64,000 nucleotides of DNA from Octopus vulgaris (GCA_951406725.2 OX597838.1:30008001-30072000), one strand, 5' to 3'. Counted from the first letter of the stretch, positions 38,632 through 52,771 are shown. Program-made: numbers and translations. Notes: a model not told the origin generated them from the letters alone.

Positions 38632-39580
38632 TTGTAAAAGAAAAAAACAACAACAAAAAAAACAACAAAAAACGTTTGATATACTTTATGATGAATTAAC
38701 TTAAAAGCCGCACCCCGTGTGGGCATTTCGGTAAGCTCCTGTGGTGGGCTGATTGGGCCCGCGCCCGAAAACTAAAGAGAGCAATGATAATAAAGCATTT
38801 AATGGTCTCCTATCAATATGGTATTACTCTAAATTCAGTTTAAACGAAAAGCTTGTAAGTTCACAAATTTTTGGAGTTCTTTTAAAATTTGAATATTCAA
38901 TTGTTAGCTTCTAACAGATCTTCATCCAGACTTGATCTTAATGCAGGGTGTCCAGGAACTGAATGAAGGACAGATTGTCAATCCCGGGATCATCCTGATT
39001 CGAAAAAGGTTATAATATATGTAGAGTAAATGTAGACCGTGAGCTTACGGGTCGGCCCATACTGGATTGTCACGCTCTAGGTGACCGTCGCACCCCAAGG
39101 GGGTTCAGACTATATTGAGGGCTAGCAGTCGGCAGGTCGGGCAGGTTGCCGATGCTCGACCGCAACGCGCGCGTGCCTCCCTCTGGCGAGGGAAGAGCGA
39201 CACGCGGCAGGGGTCCCGGACAGACAGACAGAATTTCGTGTTTATTGTTATAGACTATGGTTGCATAACAAAATACTGTGTCTCCGACAAGCCAGAGGTC
39301 TATGATGAATTAACGTAGAATTATCGACCTTTTTACCTCTCCTACGTAGAAAGGTAGAAAGACATCAAGTTACTTATGCTTTTTAAATGTATCGCAGATC
39401 GCATTTTATTCCCTGAACAACCAATAGGAAAGCCTTTTCCCCCCAACATTCACGACTGTGGCACAACACCAGCATTATGTTGTGCTCTTGAGGAACCTTG
39501 AAAACATGCGTCAATAAGGACGGCACTGTACACATAATCACCAAAAGTCATGTCGTCCCTGATCCTCTGCTGCCTATACC

Positions 39581-40250
39581 TATTTCTTTATTACCCACAA
39601 GGGGCTAAACATAGAGGGGACAAACAAGGACAGACATAGGTATTAAGTCGATTACATCGACCCCAGTGCGTAACTGGTACTTAATTTATCGACCCCGAAA
39701 GGATGAAAGGCAAAGTCGACTTCGGCGGGATTTGAACTCACAAATCCCGCCGAGGTCGACTTTGCCTATACCTATTTCTTTATTACCCACAAGGGGCTAA
39801 ACACAGGGGGGGGGGACAAACAAGGACAGACATAGGTATTAAGTCGATTATATCGACCCAGTACGCAACTGGTACTTAATTTATCGACCCCGAAAGGATG
39901 AAAGGCAAAGTCGACTTTAGCCCCTTGTGGGTAATAAAGAAATAGGTATAGGCAAAGTCGACCTCGGCGGGATTTGAACTCACAAATCCCGCCGAGGTCG
40001 ACTTTGCCTATACCTATTTCTTTATTACCCACAAGGGGCTAAACACAGGGGGGGGGTCAAACAAGGACAGACATAGGTATTAAGTCGATTATATCGACCC
40101 CAGTACGCAACTGGTACTTAATTTATCGACCCCGAAAAGGATGAAAGGCAAAGTCGACCTCGGCGGAATTTGAACTCAGAACGTAACGGCAGACGAAATG
40201 CCGCAAAATCATTTCGCCCGGCGCGCTAACGTTTCTGCCAGCTCGCCGCC
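39581..40250 (-). mobile_element. Rearranged SINE family A multimer with short inversions
   Basis: Three bodies plus inverted fragments; GCCTATACC at both flanks and internally. Confidence 0.85.
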
Positions 40251-40634
40251 TATACCGTGTCACGAACCAGCAATCAAGATGTTAATAATCGCGGTACTTC
40301 ATGTTTGTTTGCACCAAATTTTGTGACAGGAATGGAAGAAAAGAGAATTTTTTTTGCTCCTCTGGGATTTGAACTCAACTATTTATTTACACGCTGAGAG
40401 ATATGTCGTCTGAGAAGTCTATTGTTTCTACCATTTGTCACGCTCATTATAATCATCGTAATTTTAATTGTTGTTATTTGGTAAGAACAGCAATAATAAA
40501 GTATCAGGTCTCATTAGGGATGTCGTCAGAAAAAAATTAATTAGTTTTTGGTGTCACAACAGAGAAATGAAGGGAATGAAGGAGTGTTGGATGAAAGAAA
40601 GGTATGGAACATTCCATAAGGGAGGGTGGGGATA

Positions 40635-41159
40635 GCTATGTGTGTGTGTTTGTGTGTGTATTTGCGTGTGTGTGTGTGTGTGTGTTTGTGTTTGTGTGTG
40701 CGTGTGTGTGTGTGTTTGTGTGTTTGTGTGTGTATTTGTGTGTGTGTGTATGTGTGTGTATGTGTGCGTGTGTGTGTGTGTTTGTGTGTTTGTGTGTGTA
40801 TTTAACGTGTGTGTGTGTTTGTGTGCGACTGCTTAACCATCTTCTCCTGTCTCTTCATATATATGTATGTATGTATACAAACACACACGCACATATACAT
40901 GTATACACACACACACACATTCACATACATACATACATACATACATACATACATACATACATACATACATACATACATACATACATACATACATACATAC
41001 ATACATCATACATACATACATGCATACATACATACATACATACATACATACATACATCATACATACATACATGCATACATGCATATACATATGTGTGTTT
41101 GTGCGTGTGTGTATGTGCCTGCCTAACTATCCTTTCTCTTCACACACACACATGCACAC

Positions 41160-41190
<31 letters not shown>

Positions 41191-42120
41191 TGTATGTATG
41201 TATGTATGTATGTATGTATGTATGTATGCATGCATGTATGTATGTATGTATGTATGTATGTATGTATGTATGTATGTATGTATGTATGTATGTGTGAATG
41301 TATGTATGTATGTATGTATGTATGTATGTATCTATGTATGTATGTATGTATGTATGTATGTATGCATGCATGCATGCATGTATGTATGTATGTATGTATG
41401 TATGTGTGAATGTATGTATGTATATATGTATGTATGCATGCATGCATGTATGCATGTATGTATGTATGTATGTATGTATGTATGTATGTATGCATGGATG
41501 CATGCATGTATGTATGTATGTATGTATGTATGTATGTATGTATACATATATGTATGTATACATGTATGTATGTACGTATGTATGTATGTATGTGTGCGTG
41601 CATGCATGCATGTATGTATGTATGTATGTATGTATGTATGTATGTATGTATGTATGTATGTATGTATGTATGTATGTATTTATGTATGTATGTATGTATG
41701 TATGTATGTATGTATGTATGTATGTATGTATGTATGTATGTATGTATGTATGTTTGTATGTATGTATGTATGTATGTATGTGAATGTATGTATGTATGTA
41801 TGTACGTACGTATGTATGTATGTATGTATGTATGCATGTATGTATCTATGTATGTATGTATGCATGTATGTATGTATGTATGTATGTATGCATGCATGTA
41901 TGTATGTATGTATGTATGTATGTATCATGTATGTATGTATGTATGTATCTATGTATGTATGTATGTATGTTTGTATGTATGTATGTGAATGTATGTATGT
42001 ATGTATGTATGCATGCATGCATGTATGTATGTATGTATGTATGTATGTATGTATGCATGCATGCATGTATGTATGTATGTATGTATGTATGTATGTATGT
42101 ATGTATGTATGCATGCATGC

Positions 42121-42151
<31 letters not shown>

Positions 42152-42280
42152 AATGCATGTTTGTATGTATGTATGTATGTATGTATACATATATGTATGT
42201 ATACATGTATGTATGTATGTATGTATGTATGTATGTATGTATGTATGTATGTATGTATGTATGTATATCTATGTGTGTAC

Positions 42281-42311
<31 letters not shown>

Positions 42312-42320
42312 CGTGTGTGT
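40635..42320. repeat. ~1.7-kb (TG)n/(CATA)n/(TATG)n compound microsatellite
   Basis: Direct reading; accounts for the 574-aa ORF. Confidence 0.97.
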
Positions 42321-42522
42321 TGCATTAATTTAATCGAGGCAACGTCTATTCCCCGCATTATTGATCACAGGATTCCATCAATATGACCAATTGTTGATCT
42401 GTCGGGCATAAAATTCTTCATTCTTCAGGTTTCGAACCAAAGTAACGCTCAATATCATTTTTAAACCCTTCAGCATGGCTTAAGTCAAATGACTGAAACA
42501 AATAAGAGAATAAAGAAAATAT

Positions 42523-42769
<247 letters not shown>

Positions 42770-42998
42770 TTTTGTTTTTTGTTTTTTGTTTTTTGTTTTT
42801 TGTACATCTTTAAATATGAGAACTTTAATAATAGGTTTCTTTATATTCATTTGTTTATAGGGTTGATTTTAGATTATATATTGATTATATATAGATTATA
42901 TATAGATTATATATAGATTATATATATTTATATTTTTCATTGATAATTTTATTATTTTAAACTTAAATTTTAATATATTGATATTTTAGATCGAAAAT

Positions 42999-43041
42999 CC
43001 ACCTGACGAATGTCATTGAAGACATGAAACGATTGTAGTGG
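42999..43041 (+). ncRNA. Minimal type-I hammerhead motif (family of 5930)
   Basis: CCAC-CTGACGA-ATGTC(ATTGAA)GACAT-GAAA-C(GATT)G-TA-GTGG; loops differ from 5930 while stems are kept. Confidence 0.78.
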
Positions 43042-43128
43042 CGGTTTATTTCTTTATATTAAAAATCTTTATGTATTGATTAAGTCTTTCCTTGTTTGTT
43101 TTGCAAAGTAGTGGTTTTGTCTCGAATT

Positions 43129-43186
<58 letters not shown>

Positions 43187-43274
43187 GAATAAGGGTAGAA
43201 ATTGATATTAATAAATTAAAACGAGTGGACTAGCATATTAAAAAAATCCGAAGATTAAAATATTTTTTACATAC

Positions 43275-43475
43275 ATAATTTAAAGGATTGACCACTAAAA
43301 GTGGACGGTCAATATACTAGATATAGACGCCAAAATCGCTATTTTCCACGAAGAATGTGTTCTCAAGAAAAAACTCAGCACATGAGAACACATTCTTCGT
43401 GGAAAATAGCGATTTTGACGTCTATATCTAGTATATTGACCGTCCACTTTTAGTGGTCAGTCCTTTAAATTTTAT
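43275..43475. repeat. Fold-back with ~90-bp arms in (TA)n; related to the arms at 47360/47823
   Basis: CCACTAAAAGTGGACG...GTTCTCA mirrored. Confidence 0.85.
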
Positions 43476-43661
43476 GTATATATATATATGTGTGTGTGTA
43501 TGTGTGTGTGTGTGTGTGTGTATGTGTGTGTGTGTATGTGTGTGTATATATTGTGTGTATATAAAGTCAGTACGACTGTTAGCTCACACGGACAGGGCAA
43601 ATAAAAAATAACAAAAATACAGATTATTTTGGGACAATTGTTTCGCTATATCCAGATAGTC

Positions 43662-43738
43662 TTGGCTGACGAGCTACAAATGGATTTCTTGTAAGTAATA
43701 TTACATTTAATTCATTAATAGCGAAACAATTGTCCCAA
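43662..43738 (+). ncRNA. Type-I hammerhead motif with a long stem II loop
   Basis: TTGG-CTGACGA-GCTA..TAGC-GAAA-CAATTG-TC-CCAA. Confidence 0.8.
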
Positions 43739-44195
43739 AATAATCTGTATTTTTGTTATTTTTTATTTGCCCTGTCCGTGTGAGCTAACAGTCGTACTGA
43801 CTTTCATGGGAAACATGTATTTTCGTGGTTGAAACCCTTTGGATTAACTGGTGCTAGAGTGAGCATTATAGTGACCACTCTCTTATATTTATTTTGTAAA
43901 AATATTATAATATGTTATAAAATATTATAATAATCCAGGTTTCTCGTAGCACTAGGCCACTTGGTGTTGAATAAATATACTATTAAATTAGTATCTAATT
44001 CTCTCACCCTTATTAATTAATTATAATTATGCTGCATTTATTTCTAAATGCTGTATTTGTTTTCCGTGAGAGTTTGGCGCGCTGTTGGTTGGGGCATTTG
44101 AATTATAACGTCGGATGTAATCAATTGAACCACACGCGTATTTATCGTTATGGTAAAATCTGGCGTGTGATTGAGTGGATTTCATCCAGATAGTC

Positions 44196-44272
44196 TTGGC
44201 TGACGAGCTACAAATGGATTTCTTGTAAGTAATATTACATTTAATTCATTAATAGCGAAACAATTGTCCCAA
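44196..44272 (+). ncRNA. Second identical hammerhead motif
   Basis: Identical to 43662-43738. Confidence 0.8.
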
Positions 44273-44453
44273 AATAATCTGTATTTTTGTTATTTTTTAT
44301 TTGCCCTGTCCGTGTGAGCTAACAGTCGTACTGACTTTCATGGGAAACATGTATTTTCGTGGTTGAAACCCTTTGGATTAACTGGTGCTAGAGTGAGCAT
44401 TATAGTGACCACTCTCTTATATTTATTTTGTATATATATATATATATATATAT

Positions 44454-44536
<83 letters not shown>

Positions 44537-44636
44537 TCTGTGTGTGTATGCAAATATATATATATATTCATATATACCTATGCATACATGCATGTGTATA
44601 TATATATGTATATATATGTATATACATACATACGAG

Positions 44637-44696
<60 letters not shown>

Positions 44697-45181
44697 CCTA
44701 CACACATATATATATACATATGCATAAGGGCATAATATATGAGCGTATATATATATATGTATGAAGGTATCTATTTATCTATCTGCATGTTTCACACACA
44801 CACACACACACACTTACACTCACACAGACAGACATGCCACCACGCGGATGTGAACAATCAGAATATTTAGAGCGTCAGTGTAATTACTTTGCGCTATCCG
44901 TTCCGGTCCTCCGAGTTTCGAGGTCAATTACGACAGAGGTCACCTTTGTCATCACTTCGAGGTCGATAAACACTAATGCAGTAATAAATCTCTTTAGAGA
45001 TGCCGTCAGAGAGATTATTAAATTGTTTCTTGGTGTCAAACAGAGAGAAAAACAATAGCAACATCACGTTCCATAAGGTTCTGCCTACCCACTGCAGGAC
45101 ACACTCCTGTCGCAGCTCCGGATACTCGGAAGAAATTAGCTGGTCTCGTCCATCCAGCGGCACAACCTTCCCACCATCTTG

Positions 45182-45489
45182 TTTGTTCCTTCTCATGCCA
45201 TGCCTAGCTCATAAGGGCCGGTTTCCCGGTTTCCTTGGCGTATATAGGTTCCCCACCTGGACGGGACGCCGGTCCATCGCAGGTGAGCTGTAAGATGTAG
45301 GAGGAAAGAGTGAGAGAAATTTGTGGCGAAAGAGTCAGCAGAAGTTCGCCATTACCTTCTGCCGGAGCCGCGTGGAGCTTAGGGGTTTCGCTCATAAATA
45401 CACACATCGCCCGATCTGAGATTCGAACCCGCGATCCCTCGACCGACCGCGAGTCCGATGCTCTAACTACTAGGCCATGTGCTTCCACT
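45182..45489 (-). mobile_element. SINE related to family B with 12-bp TSD
   Basis: tRNA-like head GGAAGCACATGGCCTAGTAGTTAG...GGTTCGAATC; TSD CCCACCATCTTG at 45170-45181 and 45490-45501. Confidence 0.88.
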
Positions 45490-45696
45490 CCCACCATCTT
45501 GCGACCATGAGGAAGAGATGCAAAATAAACAGGGATGGCCGGTTGTTGGTGGAAGCAGGAAGGGCAAGGAACGGAATAAGGGCTTCAGAAAAATATAAAG
45601 CGTGAACAAAAGGTATGGAAAAGATCCCATTTAAGCAGCAGAACTGCGTGAATTTCACAGTTCTTCACACAATGTTACTGTCGATTATTTACTACC

Positions 45697-45755
<59 letters not shown>

Positions 45756-45959
45756 GCGCACCTACCACCCTCTCTCTGTGTCTTCCTCGTTTTGTTGCAG
45801 ACGTTATTCAAAAGTTCAAAAGTTACAACCTTGTCAGCCATATTGTATCACGCTGTTTGTGTTAGCATTACATTAAGGTCACAAGGACCGTACAACTGAA
45901 TGACCACCGTCGAAGCAATAGAAGACCCACAGCGACCATATATATGAATATATATATAT

Positions 45960-46018
<59 letters not shown>

Positions 46019-46095
46019 GACACATAATTCAATAGACATACATGTACATATACGTATATACGTAAATATCTGTATATATATATATATATATATAT

Positions 46096-46520
46096 ACTCT
46101 TTACTTTTACTCTTTTACTTGTTTCAGTCTTCTGACAGCGGCCATGCTGGAGCACCGCCTTTGATCGAGCAACTCGACCCTGGGACTTATTCTTTTGTAA
46201 GCCCAGTACTTATTCTATCGGTCTTTTGCTGAACCGCTAAGTAACGGAGACATAAACACACCAGCATCGGTTGTCAAGCAATGCTAGGGGGACAAACACA
46301 GACACACACACACACAGACACACAGACACACACACACACACACACACGCATATATATATACATATATACGACGGGCTTCTTTCAGCTTCCATCTACCAAA
46401 TCCACTCACAAGGCTTTAGTCGATCCGAGGCTATAGTAGAAGACACTTGCCCAAGGTGCCACGCAGTGGGACTGAACCCGGAACCATGTGGTTCGTAAGC
46501 AAGCTACGTACCACAAAGCC
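46096..46520 (-). mobile_element. SINE family C
   Basis: Matches other copies. Confidence 0.9.
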
Positions 46521-46621
46521 ATACATGTATACATACGTATACATGTATACATGTATACATGTATACATGTATACATGTATACATGGATAGACATACATGT
46601 ATACATACGTATATACGTAAA

Positions 46622-46702
<81 letters not shown>

Positions 46703-46770
46703 GTATGTATAGATATGTATGCATACATATGTTTCTCTCACTTTTTCTCTCTCCCTCTCACCTTGCATAT

Positions 46771-47183
46771 GCGTGGCTGTATGATAAGAAGCTTGCTTCC
46801 CAACCACATGGCTTCGTGTTCAGTCCCACTGCGTGGCATCTTCAGCAAGTGTCTTCTACTAAAGCCTCGGTTCAACCAATGCCTTGTGAGTGGATTTGGT
46901 AGAAGGAAACGGAAAGAAGCCCGTCATATATATGTATACATGTATGTGTGTGTGTATGTGTGTGTGTATGTGTTTGTGTGTCTGTGTTTGTCCCCCCCCA
47001 ACATCGCTTGACAACCGATGTTGGTGTGTTTAGGTCCCCGCAACTTAGCGGTTCGGCAAAAGGGACCGATAGAATAAGTACTAGGCTTACAAAGAATAAG
47101 TCCTGGGGTCGAATTGTTCGACTAAAGGCGTGCTCCAGCATGGCCGCAGTCAAACGACTGCAACCAATAAAAGAATAAAAGAA
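46771..47183 (+). mobile_element. SINE family C
   Basis: Matches other copies; (GAATAAAA)n tail. Confidence 0.9.
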
Positions 47184-47896
47184 TGCGTAATATTAAGGAT
47201 ACAAAGGAACCAGATACGTAAAGTATTTACTTGTAAACAACATATTTGGTCGAATATAATATATATATATATATATATATATAGCAAAATGAGAACATCA
47301 GTTTAACACCAGTGGTTTAGCGCATAAAAAAGCTGAGATTCAGTAAATATTACTAATGCACATATGAGAGAGAATCCACTAAAGTGGACGCCCTTACGCT
47401 AACCGCTAAAAATTGTTCTCAAGAAAAACTTAGCACACTGATTTTGAAGATCGCAGTGATGGTGATGATGATGACGATGAGGAGAAGGATGATGATGATG
47501 ATGATGATGATGATAGTGGTGGTGGTGGAAGGGTTGGTGATAACGATGATGAAGATGACGAGGATGATGATGATGATGATGATGATGATGTTGATCATGA
47601 CGACGATGCTGATGATAATGTTAATGATGATGACGATGATTATGTTGATGATGATGTTGATAATGATGATGATGATGACGACGACGACGACGATGATGGC
47701 GATGGTGATGATGACGAGGAGGACAAATGGAAAATAAAAAAATAACAAAAAAAACAAAGAAAACAAACAAAAATAGCAAAAGATATTTTTTTGTTAATTT
47801 TCAATTGCTCGCTTACGTTCAAAGTGTGCTAATTATTTCTTGAGAACAATTTTTAGTGGTTAGCGTAAGGGCGTCCACTTTAGTGGATTCTCTCTC

Positions 47897-47948
<52 letters not shown>

Positions 47949-49074
47949 GTTAAAGAGGACAACAAACGTCAAGGCAAGGCAAACATCTCAAGTCATATAC
48001 ATTATTATTATTGGAAAACATTTCAAAGTCTTACAGCTGTTTCTAGGATATCCCAGAAACAGCTGTAAGAATTTGACATTTTTTCCAATAATAATAATAA
48101 TGTTTATGACTTGAGATGTTTGCCTTGCGTTAACGTTTGTTGTCCTCTTCGACAATTATATATCCGCTATATCGGAAATTTGCAATGGTTCCATAACTAT
48201 CGCCTCGGCTACAATCTTGGAGCCCGAATAATCCGTTACAGCACTTACCTAGCGTACCTAATCGTTTAGATCACCTATGAACTAACCCTGACCGCGTGTG
48301 TACTGTTGGCGATTTTTTTCCCTCCGTCTTCCCTTCTCTAGATCTTTCCTTTTCCTATGTTTCCGACGAAGAGCTCCGCTCGAAACGTAAAGCCCTCCTT
48401 CTTCCCTTCCTTCCTGAGCGTCCAATAATACTATATTTGTTCCACGTCCTCGCGTTGTTGTGTTTTCTCTTTGTGTTTTCATGTTTGGATTAACTTTATA
48501 TATATATATATTTATGTATGTATGTATGTATGTATGTATGTATGTATGTATGTATGTATGTATGCATGTATGTATATCGAAAGAAAGAGTACTGTAAAAT
48601 TGTCGTGGGTGTGGTTAATCCAAAGGTTCAGCCGAAATCCTTATTCAGAAAAAAGTTGATGAGAGAGAAATTAAAGAAAGGTAGCACAGTTTTACAGCCT
48701 CTAAATTAGAAAAAAAGAAAGCAAACGAACAAATTGGCTGCGACTGATAGGGAACCTAGATCGCAGGAGCTTCAAAAGTGAATAAGAAGTTCTAGGGGTG
48801 AGAAACAGGATAAGAAAGTTAGATGGAAAGAGGATTGGTAGGAAGAGGAGAAGCAGGTGAAGTGAGGAGTAAGGTGAAGGGAAAGGATGGGGTGAAAGGA
48901 AAAAGTTGAGGGACTAGAAGGGGTTTGATAAATTAAAGGGCAGTTTGGGAGCAGAAGGAAAGCGTTTGTTGATACCTGTTTGTGAGGTGGTAGCAAGTTT
49001 GAATATAAAACGATGTGCGTTGATGCCGTACAATTATGGGTGTGTAATGGGGTTGGTGTTGGGTTGTCGTTGTT

Positions 49075-49206
49075 GTTGATAATAGTGATGATGATGACGA
49101 TGATGATGATGATGATGATGATGACGACGACGACGACGACGACGACGAAGATGAGGATAATGATTTTGAAGATCGTAGTGATGATGATGATGAGGAGGAG
49201 GAGAAG

Positions 49207-49239
<33 letters not shown>

Positions 49240-49266
49240 GGAAGGGTTGGTGATAACGATGATGAA

Positions 49267-49332
<66 letters not shown>

Positions 49333-49630
49333 GATGATAATTACGTTGATCATGACGACGATGCTGATGATAATGTTAATGATGATGACGATGATTATGT
49401 TGATGATGATGTTGATAATGATGATGATGATGATGATGACGACGACGACGACGATGATGATGGCGATGGCGATGATGACGATAATGTTAATGCCGATGAT
49501 GATGCTGCTGATGACGATGATGATGACAGCGGTGGTGGTGGAGATGATGATGATTACAATGGTGTTGCAGATGGTGGTGGTAGTGGTTATGATAATGATG
49601 ATGATGATGATGATGATGATAATGATGAGA
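49075..49630. repeat. Degenerate (ATG/ACG)n tract; copy at 47440-47725
   Basis: Direct reading; shared unique interruptions. Confidence 0.9.
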
Positions 49631-49754
49631 CAAAATACACTATTAGCCTCGGTGGTGTTTTCTCTGATTCGCTCTGATTCAGGAAACGAAATAAGAGGAG
49701 ACTTTGAAAAATAAGTTGGAAGTTAGCGAGAGGGTGGAAGGAGAGAGAGGGAGA

Positions 49755-49822
<68 letters not shown>

Positions 49823-49970
49823 TTATTTATTGTTCGTTAGAAAAATGAGAGGGAGTTAGAGAAATGAAAGAAGGGGCTGATAAAAATGGCAGAAATTATA
49901 GTAGAGTAAGGTGGATAGATAGACAGATAGATAGATAGACAGAGGGACTGTGAAGCAGGCAAGTAGAGGG

Positions 49971-50029
<59 letters not shown>

Positions 50030-50223
50030 AGTAGTTGAATGAATTATCTTATTATGGATAATTCGGTTAACCGATACCTGGGTAGCAAATTCACGTCAGA
50101 AAAACACGGTTGAAGCTACATGCCTAGGGCAGAGATCACGTGCTTTCGTGTGGAAATTTGTGTTTTTTAAATACAAATAAATGAAAGAATGGAGTTGAAC
50201 GACGAATTAACAAAATTCCTTTA

Positions 50224-50306
50224 TTTTCGACATATGTTTCGAAGGCTGCATATTCCTAATTTCGAAGGAATAAGGGGTGCATTATGCCGCCTTCTCATCA
50301 GGAAAA
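50224..50306 (-). ncRNA. Type-I hammerhead motif with extended stem II
   Basis: Minus strand: TTTTC-CTGATGA-GAAGGC..GCCTTC-GAAA-CATATG-TC-GAAAA, within a ~310-bp island between (TA)n tracts. Confidence 0.82.
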
Positions 50307-50338
50307 ACAAGGAACTTATGTCAGCATCAAGATGCACA

Positions 50339-50439
<101 letters not shown>

Positions 50440-50461
50440 GATAGATAGACAGTAGATAGAC

Positions 50462-50509
<48 letters not shown>

Positions 50510-51041
50510 TGACAAACAGATAGATTAGATAGATAGATAAATAGATATAAATAGATAGAAAGGTAGGTAGGTTGTTGTTAGCTTAGTTAATGGAATAGGT
50601 AGATGGAATTTTGACTGGATGGATAGATGCGCAAAATGAAAGGAAACTAAGAGTGTTAACTTGTTCTTTTTCTTTCACATTTTTGCACTTTTCATCAACA
50701 TTTTCTAATTTTCTCTCCAACTTTGCGCCCCCCCTTCTTCTTCTTCTTCTTCTCTCTCTCATATACAACTGGTTCCACCCATCTCTGTCCTCACCTTCCC
50801 AGTAATTACTCCCTCTCTCCCTCCTTCCCTCCCTCCCTCCCTCCCTCCCTCCCTCATTCCTGTCTCCCCCCCTTCTCTCTCACTCTTACCGTTCCCGTTC
50901 ATATTTGCCAATTTCTCTCCCTCTCTCATTTTCGCTTCCCCTCTCTCTCTTTCTTACTTTCTCCCCTCTCCTTTCCGCTCCCTCTCATTTTCACTACGCG
51001 CATAACCGTACGACATTTATCCCTCCACCAACCCCAGCCTA

Positions 51042-51088
<47 letters not shown>

Positions 51089-51568
51089 ATGCAGACACGC
51101 ACGCACACACACACAAAAGCACAAAAGACACATACATACGCGCGCACACACAAACACACGTTTGAATGCTCCACTTAGTACTTATCTCTATATTTCAGCA
51201 CCATTGTTATCTAATTTCGTAATTTTTTTCACTGATAATTGTAGACTATGGAATTATGTCCACACCCCAGTCAATATTACCCTAATGAAAATTGGCGGTT
51301 TACAGAGAATTTCCTGTCTGTTTTCACTCTATTGCTCAAGTCCGCCAAACAAGCCGACCAGCCGACAAACCAACCAACAAGTGGGCCCACAGCCCAACAG
51401 AGCCAAACCAGCTGACCAACCAGCCAGCCAAGAAATAAGGCCGAACCGTAAAACTTTAAGCTTTTAGATAGGTGTTTTATCCCAGCCCACAATAAAAACT
51501 CACCCCTCACTTGCCTATTAGCACATACAACTCTCTCTCTCTCTTTCTCCCCCCATTGCATCTGTTAC

Positions 51569-51639
<71 letters not shown>

Positions 51640-51712
51640 GTCTGTCTGTCTGTCTGTCTGTGTCTGCCTTTCTGCCTGTGCCTGTCTGTCTGCCTGTCTG
51701 TCTAACTGCCTG

Positions 51713-51758
<46 letters not shown>

Positions 51759-52539
51759 CTCTCTAAGATATATATATATATATACATAAATACACACATA
51801 ATGTACACATTACACACACACACTCACTTCCTACGCACCCCTACAGTCACGCAAACACACACACACACACTTCATACGCACCCCTACAGTCACGCAGGCA
51901 CACACACACACACACCGAGATGCACACTCATACACACAAACATATACATACACGTACACACATAACATTTAATACTCTCTCTCTTTCTCTCCCTTTCTCT
52001 CCCTTTCCACCCTCTCTGTTCTTCCTTCTCTCTTTTCCCCATCTCCTTTCCTGTCCCTTTTCTCTTCCGCTCACACACACACACACACATCCATACACTC
52101 ACATCTACATCTTTCTCTTTCTCTCTCTCTCTCTGTATATATATATATATATAAATATACATGCATACAGTTTATATAGTAAGCGTGTAGTCATATCGCC
52201 GCCATTCATCCAGTTATCAGACGACCAGAAGTAGCAGACGATAATGTGGCTTACAAACGTCATTTTAATAACTTTGGCTATTTCCACAGTAAGTACTACA
52301 TTTTATTTTCCAGTGTGTATATATAATGTATGTATGTATATAATGTATGTATGTATGTATGTTTGTATGTATGTATGTATGTATGTATGTATGTATGTAT
52401 GTATGTATGTATGTATGTATCTATGTACGTATATATGTACGTTACGTATGTATGTATGTATGTATGTATGTATGTATGTATGTATGTATCAGTGTCTAGC
52501 TGTCTGTCTGTCTGCGTGTATAAGTTTCTATGTATAGGT

Positions 52540-52699
52540 GGAGGCGTGGGTGTGTAGTAAGAAGCTTGCTTCCTAATCACATGGTTCCGGGTTCAGTCCC
52601 ACTGTGTGACAACTTGCGTGAATGTCTTCTACTATAGCCTCGGGCCGACCAAAGACTCGTGAGTGGATTGGGTAGATGGAAACTGAAAGAAGCCCGTCG

Positions 52700-52766
<67 letters not shown>

Positions 52767-52771
52767 ATATG

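Larger units (their letters stand above)
43563..44432 (+). mobile_element. ORF-less PLE/retrozyme-like element: inverted piece, then 249-bp direct repeats 534 bp apart, each with an HHR
   Basis: 43650-43898 equals 44184-44432; 43563-43649 is the reverse complement of ~43718-43804; flanked by TG/TA tracts. Confidence 0.82.

Noticed and set aside
40604-42328. 574-aa ORF rich in C/M/Y/V
   Set aside because: Translation of the (TG)n/(TATG)n microsatellite; several frames are open and there is no coding signal.
45800-45899. Exon after a strong acceptor TTTTGTTGCAG
   Set aside because: No convincing donor or recognisable peptide.
49013-49714. Met-rich ORF, superficially reflectin-like
   Set aside because: (ATG)n repeat lacking the reflectin Met/Tyr/Asp motif; it is also duplicated inside a repeat element.
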